From the NCBI GenBank assembly GCA_013239625.1, contig MU053911.1:60697-124696 (forward strand): 64,000 bases of DNA, written 5' to 3'. Position 1 is the first letter of the stretch, and every line of letters starts with the position of its first letter. The DNA comes from Lama guanicoe (taxonomy: Eukaryota). Positions 13,250-23,594 of this stretch are shown piece by piece. Made by a program: the position numbers and the translations under genes. Under the pieces are notes generated by a model. That model saw nothing but the letters and a program-made list of their open reading frames with translations, was not told the DNA's origin and made no database searches.

Positions 13250-13830
13250 GACAGTTAACATTGTTGATGACTTCCTCATCTTTAAGACACTGTTACTTTG
13301 GCTTTTGTGAATTACGCGTTCCTGGCTAATGTTTTCCCCACTTTGGCTGTCCTCTTTTTAGAGTCAGCTTCTTTATCTGACTATTAAATGTCAGAGTGCC
13401 TCAAGATTTTATCTTGGCCTTTTTTTTTTTCTCTTGGCTTTTCCCCTAGACAGGTGCATCCAGTTTCTCCATTCAGGTGTTATCTTTATGCTGGTAATTT
13501 AGAAATATTCTTGCTCAAAACCATCCTCTGAACTCCTAATGTTTGTATAATTACCTGTTAGACTGTTCCACCTCAGACCCAATTGGTCAAAATCAAGAAC
13601 TTTTTACCCCTAAACTCATACCCCTCCAAGTGTTCCCTATCTCAGTGAATGATAGTACCATCTATCCAATTGGATAAACCAGAAATACAGTAATTTACCT
13701 TGGCAGTTTGAGTCTGTTTGTCCTTAACGTTCAGTCCTTTGATTTTGATTTTATGTCCCAAATAGTTGTCGAATGTGTCTTCTTTTCTCTTTGTCTATTC
13801 TTTGCATCTTAATGCTGATTCTGGTTGTCT
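13250..13830 (+). mobile_element. L2 remnant
   Basis: tgttccctatctcagtgaatgatagtaccatctatccaatt...ccagaaa resembles the L2 3' region. Confidence 0.65.
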
Positions 13831-14019
13831 CCAGTGTGCCTGGGTCCTGATTTATGCATTCATGTTCATCAGGAATAGTATTCAGTAGACAGCTGAACTT
13901 CCTGTCTGGAATTTTAAGCTTTTCATATTTGAAGCCATAATTATTCTCCTTGGTTATTTTCTTAATTTGTTGTATCAGATACGTTACCTACGTGTTTGTA
14001 TTACCTTTGCCCTTCGAGG

Positions 14020-14235
14020 AGTGTTCTTTAAAGTGTGGTTGGTGCATCATGTTTAAACATCACCCAAGATACAAATATACACTGCAGAGCTCCAAATCAG
14101 ACTTACTGAGTTAGTTTTTTTGTTTGTTTTGTTGTGTTTTAGTTTTTTTTTTTTTTTGATGTGTGAGTTAGAAATCTGCCTTTTTAACAGACTCCCATAG
14201 AGGATTATTATGCACACTAAGACTTCAGAATCTTG
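14020..14235. mobile_element. MER5-family MITE with an internal T-rich expansion
   Basis: aaagtgtggt...gaaatctgcctttttaacagactccca...tatgcacactaagacttcagaa. Confidence 0.55.
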
Positions 14236-14536
14236 GAATAATCTTGTTTTCATTGTTGACACAGTTTATTGTCAGTACATACTGGTGGGGGTAATGCATG
14301 TGGTTGTGTTATATTAACAGAGACACATGTTGAAGCCTTCAGAATGTATGGTGAGTGGCATTAGAGAAATTTAGGATAAGCGTATAGCCTCATGTTTCAG
14401 TTGTTCTGCTGGAACCTGTGCCCAGTACGTCTCTTTGATGAAGTCTTGGTTGATAATTCCATATTCCTTTAATTCTGTGGCATTAGCTCTTCTCCCAGAG
14501 AGGATTTATGTTCAAATTTAATCCATACTGGGTGAT

Positions 14537-15300
14537 TGTATCAGTTAAGGTCCAATCAGAAGACAAAAACCACAAAATAATGAGTAGGGGAGTTTAATGT
14601 AAAGAATTCTAACAAATATAGCTATTAAAGAGGTGAAGACAACTCTACAGAATGCAAGGACACTTGACACAGAGGGGCAGCCTATGCCTCTGGGAAGGAA
14701 GCAGGGCTCACAGGGAAGGAACAAATCTCAGTGACCCCATCTGCCTCCCCCTGCCCAGAGCTAGGATCCAGACCTCGTGCACAAGGAGAGGCTGTCACTG
14801 TTGGATGGCAGAGACGTCTCCTGGGGTTCCCTGCTGGTGGAACTGGAGCTCACTGGGAAGCTACCCACGAGGTTGGCACAGTGGGAAGCTGTCCTCTGTG
14901 GTTCTGGAAGAAGCCATCCTCCCGGGAGGGGCTGTACCTCTTGCTGGGAAATTGTCCATGAGGGTGGTATGCTGGAAAGCTCCCCGAAGGGAGGTTCTGC
15001 ACTAGTGTGTCTTGCTGAGAAGTTCTGGGAGAAACCACCTGTGGGGCTTGTGCCATGCCAGGGGCCTTGCCAGGAAGCCAGCGTGGGGGTGGTGCTTTTG
15101 AAACTCCCTGGAGGTGAGTCTGCTAGGTACAGTGTACTGTCCTAGAAGAAAAGTTTCCTCTTCCTCTAGTGTCTGGGACCCTCTGCTGACAACAGTTGGC
15201 ATCATGCTGCCTGTTAAGATAGAACTGTTCCACTAATGTATACCGGACAATGAAGGATAGGTTTGAGACGAGCAGCAGTAAGTGGGTAACTAGCTGATGG
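14537..15300 (-). mobile_element. Old LTR relic (ERVL/MaLR-type); family and right boundary uncertain
   Basis: Begins tgtatcagttaaggtccaatcagaagacaaaaaccac, typical of the reverse complement of a class III LTR 3' end. Confidence 0.45.
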
Positions 15301-15907
15301 CTGTGTCACTCCTCAGGTTCAGTTTATGGTTGCTGCCCTCTCACTTGGGACCTCGCCCCCGTCCACAGGGTGTTCCTACACCCCCTGCTTCCCCGCCACT
15401 TGTTCTGCTTCCCACGGTCTCAGACTTCCAGCACATTGCCTTCTACTGTCGTATCTTAATCCCACTCCAGGGAGTGGGATTTAAATTCCCATTGTTGGAA
15501 TTTCTCTTTGCTTGGTGCTAGGACCATGCCTTGACAGCTTTTTTTTTTTTTTAGCTTTTCCTCCATCATAAGGATTAGAATTCTCTTTCAAATGTTTTGA
15601 ATTGTCTTTAACTAATCCTGGCTATAATTGTTATTTAACTGGCTTAGAATTCTTCTGTATTAAAATAATAAACGGAAGATTGGATTTGAGTTTCGACATG
15701 TAAAAGTCAACACCTAGCTATAATACTATTGCTAGGCAATAGCTTATGTAATTCTACTTGCAAAATACTAGTATTTGATTATAGCTATAGATAGATAAGC
15801 ATAATATAAAAGTTATTTGAATATGATAAATGAAATGATGAAATCTCTTTGAGGCATGGGAGCAAAATGGGTATTTCCTAAGTAACTGGCTGATTTTATT
15901 ATTTTAG

Positions 15908-16071
15908 ATAAGTAAAGGTCAAACTTTTTCAAGAGCGGAATTTCCAGTACCTGATGAAACAGTCAGTTTAAGCATTGCACGACTAGCAAAGCAGCTACAG
16001 ATACTTGAAGAGCTGAGAAATCGCCTTAAAGGAAAGTGTAAATACTCCTTCAAGGAAGCGTCCAAACCTAA
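15908..16071 (+). CDS. CCDC7: CCDC7 coding exon (164 nt, phase 0-2): ISKGQTFSRAEFPVPDETVSLSIARLAKQLQILEELRNRLKGKCKYSFKEASKP
   Basis: ttttag|ATA...CCTAA|gtgagt; open frame; aligns with recalled human ISKDQTLLQAEPPKPDKTV...EELKNRLK. Confidence 0.9.
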
Positions 16072-16247
16072 GTGAGTAAAATGCAAGAGTTAAAAGAATT
16101 AAAAACAGTAAGAGTGGGTATGTAGTTAGTAATGAGTGTAAGATAACGGTTAGGTGTGACACTGCACACAGAGAGCTGCTGAATCAAATCAGAGGGTCTA
16201 GCAGCTTGTTCTTATTTGAAATTTTTAATGGTTTGAAATGGCACCAG

Positions 16248-16372
16248 GACATGTGGCTATTAAAATTCAATTCAATTTAATTAAAAAACCAGTTCTTTAG
16301 TCACACTAGCCACACTTCAAGTGCTTTGTAGCCACCTGTGGCTGCTGTTAGAAAGTTCTCCTGGGCACTGCT
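16248..16372. mobile_element. MER3/MER33-like hAT MITE
   Basis: acatgtggctattaaaatt...agtcacactagccacacttcaagtgct...gaaagttct. Confidence 0.65.
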
Positions 16373-16689
16373 GGCTATGAAATACCTGGCTTCTGATCCC
16401 TTGCTCGGTTGGATTAGGTAGCTTTCACAATAGACAGGAAACTGTTTAAGGTGTAATTATTCACTATTCAAGAACACCATCATTAAAAGTTGCGTAGGGA
16501 CAGGGATGTGCTCCAAAGAATAAATTTCTCCTTTTTAGTTGAGAAAGCCCTTTTTTTTGGTAGGTGGGAGGAAGATTCAGATGAGTGATACTCTGGTTAT
16601 TTGTTGACACTGATGTTTGCTACTTGAGGTTTAAGCTGTCTTGAAATTAAATATACAAATCATTTTCATAGGATATCTTCAGTGATTTG

Positions 16690-16992
16690 TTTTGTACCTC
16701 CATGGTTACCATTTTTTTCTTGTGGTGAGAACAAATCTACTCTCAAGAATTTTAGGTATCCAATACAATGCAATTGTGAATTGTAAACACTGTGCCGTAC
16801 ATTAGATCTCCAGAACTTATGCAACTTATAGCTGAAAGTTTATAGTTTATACTTTTTTTAAAAAAATCAGTGTCACCCTATCAATAAAAAATGTTAAAAC
16901 AAACAAAATCAATAAAAAAAGTTAAAAAAAAACCCAAAAAACAAAAAAATGGACACATTGTAAAATGATTATAAATCAATAAAAAATGTTAA

Positions 16993-17031
<39 letters not shown>

Positions 17032-18440
17032 AATCAGTGTCACCCCATTTCACCAATCCACCAGCCCCTGGCAACCATTCTAATCTCTGGTTCTAAAAGT
17101 AGGACTTTTTAACTTCCACATATAAGCGAAATCATACAGTGTTTGTCTTTCTCTGGCTTATTTCACTTAGCACAGCATCGTGCAGTTCATCCATGCTGTC
17201 ACAAACGCAGCATTTCTGTTGTGTGTGTACCAAGTGAATGTCATCATTCACTCATCCACTGATGAAAACGTGGGTGGTTCCCCTATCTCGGCAGTTGTGA
17301 ATACTACTGCAGTAAACACGTTGGCAGTTTCAATCAGGAAAAGGTGTTGAATTTTGTGAAATGCTTTTTCTGCATCTGTTGAGATGATCGTATGGTTTTA
17401 ACCTTCCATTAGGTTAATCGAGTGTATCTCACTTTCTGGTTTGCGTATGTTTGACATCGTTATATCCAGAGATGAATCTCATTTGCTCAAGGTGTATGAT
17501 ACTTTCAATGTTGAATTTAGTTTTTTAGCATTTTGCTGAGGATTTTTGCATCTTTGTTCATCAGGGCTATTGGAATTGTAGTTTTCTTTTCGTGGTTGTA
17601 GTAGCAGGTTAATGTTAGCTTCATAAAATGAGTTTGGGAGTGTTCCCTTTCTTCAGTTTTGGGACTACTTTGAGAAGAATTGGCATTAATTCTCTTAATG
17701 TTTCATATGATTCACCTGTGAAACCATCTGGTCCTGGGTTTTTATTTGTCGGGAGTTTTTTGATTACCTAATTAGTTCTGGGTCTCTTCAGTTTATTTTT
17801 ATCTTCATGGTTAAACTTGGTAGGGTGTATGCTTCTAGGAATTTACTTCTAGTGTTACACAATTTAAGTGGTGTATAATGTTGACAGTGATCTCTCTTGG
17901 TTCTTTTGTACCTTTTGTTGCTGTATAATTGATGTAAAATATTAGTGCTAATTTCAGACACACAACATAGTGATTTGACATTTAACTGTATTGCAGATGA
18001 TCGCCATGGCAAGTCTAGTCACCATAAAAAATTACTACAGTATTACCTAGGATATTCTTTTTTAAAAAATTGAAGTATAGTTGATTTAAAATGTATTAAT
18101 TTCTGGTGTACAGCATAGTGATTCAGTTATACATACATATTCTTTTTCATATTCTGTTTTATTATAGGTTATTACAGGCTATTTAATGTAGTTCTGTGTA
18201 CTCTACAGTAGGACCTTGTTATTTATCTGTTTTATATATAGTAGTGTGTATCTGCTAATCCCAAACTCCTCTTTTATCCCACCTCCTCTTTGGTAGCCCT
18301 AAGTTTGTTTTCTGTGTTTGTGAGTTTGTTTCTATTTTGTAAATAAGTTTATTTGTGTCATTCTTTTAGATTCCGCATGTAAGTGATACCATATGATTTT
18401 TGTCTTTTTCCCTCTGACTTTACTTGGTACGATGATCTCT
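16690..18440 (-). mobile_element. Cluster of antisense L1 fragments (3' ends and ORF2 pieces)
   Basis: L1 3'UTR text (tacattagatctccagaacttat; attgaagtatagttgatt) and ORF2 text (gcatctgttgagatgatcgtatgg). Confidence 0.7.
16879..17029 (+). mobile_element. 151-bp insertion made of three L1 3'-terminal units with a (CAA)n tail, 16-bp TSD
   Basis: TSD aaaatcagtgtcaccc at 16863-16878 and 17030-17045; unit atcaataaaaaa(t)gttaaaa occurs three times. Confidence 0.8.
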
Positions 18441-19144
18441 AGCTGATTCATAATCGTTATAAACTGCATCATCTACCCAACTCTTTCCCAGTTTATTCTG
18501 CTAAATTTCCTTGGTACGGTTCTATCCCCTTTCATTGTTGTATCCTAAAAACTATTTTTTTAATATGCTTTTGTTTACATGATTGGCCAGCAGTCAGGCC
18601 GAAGTAGCAGCACCGTGGCATCGGTGAGCTGGCTTGTCATGCTTCCGCATGTTAGGCTGGCAAGGAGACATTGGACGCCGAGGTGGTGAACACTTGATTC
18701 CATGCACAGAAAGCACAGGCAGGGGCAGCACGGTGCTGGCACCCGGTGTTCCTAGTTTCCCTGGACAGCACAGAGAAGGGGGCCAGATGACTGAGCAGAC
18801 AAGTGGTTTGCTGCTCTGCCATGGAGAAGCCAAATCTAAACGACAGCCATGCAGCTTTGTGGTCATACAGAGGGACCATCAGCTGTTCTGTAAGAAAGAG
18901 ACAGGTAAAAGTCTGTGCTCAGCTGAAATTAGGGAAGTAGATGAGAAATGGGCTTGTGTCAGTCTTCCAAAGATAGGAGTGAGAAACTGTCTCATGGAGA
19001 CTCTTCAACCCGGCTTCTCTTTCTACAGCAGAAATTTCAGGGCATTCTACTGAGATTTGGGTCTGACTGCTGTCAAGCCTTGCTTATGTGGCCTTTGTGG
19101 ACCTGTGTGGTATTGTGTGCAGTGGGACAGGTGTTCCCTTGTAA

Positions 19145-19355
19145 CACTGATTCCCAAGTGGTGGCTGTTTTGTGCCCCGGAGGACACTTGTCTGTAGACA
19201 CTTTGGCTGTCACAACTCCAGTTGGGAAACGCTACTGGCACTTGTGAGGCAGGGTTAGAGACACGGCTAAACATTCTAAGGTGCTCCAGATCGTCCCTCA
19301 TGACAGAGAAGCATCCAGTCTAAACTGCCAGCGGTGCTGGTGCTGAGAAACCCTG
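19145..19355. mobile_element. MER20 hAT-Charlie MITE
   Basis: ggctgtcacaact...gctactggca...gctaaacattcta...tgagaaaccctg. Confidence 0.75.
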
Positions 19356-19974
19356 TCCTGCAGTGATCTCTGTGTTACTTCTGTCTTGTCCCCTATTACT
19401 TGGCATCCAATAATATACCTAATAATTTCATTATGAATTAATCAATTATTAGATATTATTTTAAGTTAATAATTTATTAATTTAATGTCTCATGTGTAAG
19501 CTTTCCTCCCAAGACTGTTACTTCCTCAAGATTAGAACCAGTCATGCATGTCTGCATGTTTCCTATCACATGTAATAAACTGTAAATAAATATAAGTAAT
19601 TTTTATGAACAGCTGAATGAAATCAACTCCAACTCATTTGTTCCGCTATCCCCAGCCATATCTGGTATAGTAACTTGTCCAAGTAAAACTTTACATTTGT
19701 AAACAGTCATTTTTTTGTATTAAACATACATAAAATTACTTTATTTTACTTAAAGTAGGAAGTACCCATTGTTGGGAAGGGCTGCTGTTTACCGTGCAGT
19801 TGCCTTGCTGATTTCTCCGTCTGTTGAGGACTAGACCTGCAGGAATGATGGAGTGACACTTGAGCTGGCTCTGCAGTTACAGAGCCTTGGCTCAGAGGTT
19901 CGGATCTGTTCACTTGAGCTGTCTACTATGAGTCATGACATTAATTTCAGGCCATGTATTAACGTTAATACCTG

Positions 19975-20190
19975 CATTTTGAGTGTCTGATGTGTTCCAG
20001 GTGTTTTCCTAGTAACTACATGTGCCCTTTGGTCCTTACAACTGCTTTATGAGATTGGTACTCTAATACCACAGTTCTGACAGATGAAGAAGCTGAGGCT
20101 CAGATTAAGTAACTTACCAAACGTCATGTATTTAGTGGGTAAAGCAGGTTTTGAGCCAGGCAGTCTGGTTCCAGAGCTTGTGCTTTTAAT
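19975..20190 (-). mobile_element. MIR SINE
   Basis: acagatgaagaagctgaggctcaga...aagtaacttacc...ttttgagccaggcagtctggttccagagc (MIR core, reverse). Confidence 0.8.
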
Positions 20191-20516
20191 AATTGAGTAC
20201 ATCATTAATAATACATTAGTGAAAAGAAAACTCATGCTTCTGCCCAATTTAGTTTTGCTGTTTTTTAATGTTATTGTTGGTATATGTAATTATATTCATG
20301 GAATGCATAGAAATCATAGAATCACATAGTTGGACTTTTTTACTTACTTACTTGCTAATTATTTATCTGAATGCCTATGAATAAAGGTTAACAAACATGT
20401 TAAATTTTATTTTATAAACTGCCTATATCTAGAGAATATGTTCTACTTCTTAAATGTGATTTAAGTTCTTATTCTTTGATAATAAATAAATGTTTTATTT
20501 ATTGGGATTTGAGCAG

Positions 20517-20578
20517 GGATACTGAAAATCCACCAGCAGCACTGAAGAGTTATGAAAGTGTAGAGCAGAAAATTGACG
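20517..20578 (+). CDS. CCDC7: CCDC7 coding exon (62 nt, phase 2-1): (K)DTENPPAALKSYESVEQKID
   Basis: gagcag|GGAT...GACG|gtaatg; phases fit both neighbours; recalled human [20 protein letters not shown]. Confidence 0.85.
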
Positions 20579-20739
20579 GTAATGATACTCTATACATATG
20601 TAGCCTTTATAGGGTTTCCTAAACTCAACATTTGGAGACTTATAGTTTAAAGATTTGTAGCCATAAAAGTTATACAGTGGTAAATTTAAAAAGGTATTCA
20701 GGGGTGAGTTTGCTGTTTTCAATATAAACTCTTAGTATC

Positions 20740-21450
20740 TTCCAGATTCTGGGAGTACACAAACTTAATAAAACTCGGTTGTTACCCTTATAAAATCCAC
20801 AACATAGAAAGGATGCAAACACATTATGTATCATTTAAATATAGTCTGATGCGTGATCAGATATGTGTAATTTGCAGTGAGTCCACAGAAGGGAGCCAGT
20901 TGGTTCAACCTGAGGGAGTTAGAAAGGTTTTATGCAGCCTTAAGGGATGAATAGGAGTTCTTCTAGTGAAGAAGGGAGATATTTGGTATTCTGAGAGGAG
21001 GGTACAGCATGAAAAACGCATGAACAGGGAGCCACCAGTGGCTGACATTGAAGTGTGAAGTGTGGGCAAGGATGAGGTGGGGGGGAGAGCCTTGGCAGGG
21101 AATAGACGCTGTGCTAAGGGACACTTTACTTCCTTCCTCCCTTCCCTCCTTCCCCGGGGTGCAATAGAGAATCATCAATTTTTTTTGTAGGAAAGTGACA
21201 TGTTGGATTTTATTTGAAAGAGATTATTCTCCACATTGAGGAGTTAGATTTGGGGATTGGGAGAAGGAAATGGAAGGTACTGCTGGATCTTAGTTAGATG
21301 TGTGACAAGTGCCTGTATCAGAGAATAAATGAAAAGGGGCAGATTTAAGAAGTATTTACTTGGTAAAATCGGCAAAGCTCAGTGATTGGATATGAAAGGG
21401 AGATTCAAGAGTGATAGCATTAACCAGGAGAGCGCAAGAGGAAAGCAGGT
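20740..21450 (-). mobile_element. L2 remnant
   Basis: Purine-rich text typical of antisense L2 (aagggatgaataggagtt; gagggtacagcatgaaaa). Confidence 0.5.
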
Positions 21451-21681
21451 TGTCTTGAGAAAATGATGCGTCCACATCGCTCCCTTGCTGTACACAGTCT
21501 CTCAGGTGCTACTCTTTGTTGCCTGATGGGGAGGGTCTACTGTGTTGGCAGCTCTGCTGTTTTTCCTAGAATTTCTTAGAATCTCTTGAATGAGTTAATA
21601 AAATAAAAACTGTGAAATTTAAACTCAATACATAAAATTGATATTTGAAACTTATGACAAATTCACTATTAATTATTTCAG

Positions 21682-21738
21682 AATTCCTAAAAGCCCACTC
21701 AACTGAAGAAATGGCAGATGTTTCTGCGACAGAGCCAA
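21682..21738 (+). CDS. CCDC7: CCDC7 coding exon (57 nt, phase 1-1): (E)FLKAHSTEEMADVSATEP
   Basis: tttcag|AATTC...CCAA|gtaagt; recalled human EFLEAHSTDEFKDVSATEP. Confidence 0.9.
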
Positions 21739-21829
21739 GTAAGTCTCCACTCACTGAGCATTGCTGTATTAATGACCTCTGCTGAGTGCAGTGATTTCTA
21801 TAATTTTCTGTGATTTGAAGTAATAATTA

Positions 21830-22134
21830 CTATTTTTTTTAACATTTTTTATTGATTCATAATCATTTTACAATGTTGTGTCAAATTCCAGTGTTCAGCA
21901 CAATTTTTCAGTCATTCATGGACATATACACACTCATTGTCATATTTTTTTCTCCGTGAGTTATCATAACATTTTGGTATATTTCCCTGTGCTATACAGT
22001 GTAATCTTGTTTATCTATTCTACAATTTTGAAATCCCAATCTATCCCTTCCCACCCTCCACCCCCCTGGTAACCACAAGTGTGTATTCTCTGTCTGTGAG
22101 TCTACTTCTGTCCTGTATTTACGCTTTGTTTTTG
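21830..22134 (-). mobile_element. Young 5'-truncated L1 3' end with 16-bp TSD
   Basis: TSD tttgaagtaataatta at 21814-21829 and 22135-22150; poly-T then aacattttttattgattcataatc. Confidence 0.85.
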
Positions 22135-23594
22135 TTTGAAGTAATAATTATTAAGTTACAGCATAACTTCACTGGAGTTCGGAGCCACACAGTGGTGCTG
22201 GCTGTCAAGTGCACTCTGAGGTTCCTTGGTCGCTACCTGCTACCATGAACAGACTCCTTTTTGAAGAGCGCCATGCTGTCACTTGGAATGGAGGATTTTC
22301 AGTTGTGATTAGAATGTGCTACAGAAATGCTGCAGGGGTGCTAGGCCTCTGAGGCGAGCGGTGATAAACTGGGGAGGTCACTTGCAGGTCTGTGACTGCA
22401 TTACAGATCATCTCAAGTGCATTAAGGATTTAATTGGAATATAGAGAGCTGCAAGAACTCAGACTGCTGCCTCCTTGTCAACAGAAAGGAGAGATTACCT
22501 TCCTCCTGTCTTAATATTGGAGAGAACTTTGAAATAGCTATGAAGTGTATGCTGTGGAATAGAATTTAGAAGTAGAAAATAAGATCTGATTGGAAGAAGC
22601 TGAGGGGATCCCGTCCTTGACGACTTGAGCCGCAGACCCTCACGCGGACGTGTTGCGTCCTGCAGCGCCTACTGCGCAGTCCGGGGAGGCTGTGGCCCCA
22701 GGCGGCCCTGGCGGGCTAGGTGGGTGGAGAGAGGTCCAGAGCTTTGGCGCAGACAGATAGGAAAAGGCGCCCTCTGTGCTGCGAGGAGCCCACGCACGTC
22801 TGTGGAGCTCTGTCTCCCTCATCTGCACAGCTGCCTTCTGTCTAACTCTGTGCCCTGTGAGTTACAGCTGATTTGTCCTCCCCATGTGCTACATCCTGTC
22901 TCTGAGCTCAGGGAGACCAGCAAACTTTGTTTGAATTTCCCTTCCTTGTGCTGTGGCCTTGAAACTCCAGCCAGTAAGCTGGGGTCCTCACAGAGCTCTC
23001 CTTTGTTTTCCTTCTGTTAGGGATTACTGCTTTGGATCTTCTGTTTTCCTGTATCTGAATGTTGATGTTTCATATATTTTGTCCAGATTTTAATTGGTTT
23101 AAAGTAAAAGGGTAATTCTGGTCCCTGCTGCTCCATCATGGACAAAAGTGGAAGTCTCTGTACCTACTTGTAGGCCAGAGGAGCACATCTTCTAACCATG
23201 AGCCCAGGTTCCAGAAGAATAAAGTATAATAGTAGAAACTTTACTCATGGTTTTTAAGGGCAGTAGAGGACAGTTACGTTGCACAATGTGGAGAAAACCC
23301 TTTTACAGATTGCGACGTGTCTTCTGGTGGCAGCTGTCTCATTGCCTGGGCGCCGCTGCTGCAGGTCTGCTCGTTCTCAGTGTTGCTGCTCCTCCTGTGC
23401 GCGCTCTCTCTTTCTTAACAGTTCTCCTCTTCACTTCTCCAGCCTGCTTTTATTCTCGTCTTGCCTCATTCTCTAAACTCTGTTAGAGTCCAGAGCCTAA
23501 CCATTAAGACGAAAGTGACCTTTGAATTCCACTGTTATTTCCTTTTTTTAGACTATCATTTAATCTTGATGTTGTATCATTTATAACTAGTGAA

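Noticed and set aside
14652..15521. ORF cluster of 67-122 aa
   Set aside because: Overlaps a probable old LTR; no homology recognised and no place in the CCDC7 exon chain
18594..19301. 139-aa ORF and neighbours as a possible nested gene or retrocopy
   Set aside because: No recognisable protein, polyA tail or TSD; part overlaps MER20
20511..20516. GAGCAG as a second NAGNAG acceptor
   Set aside because: GAG is rarely used as an acceptor, and CAG gives the expected peptide
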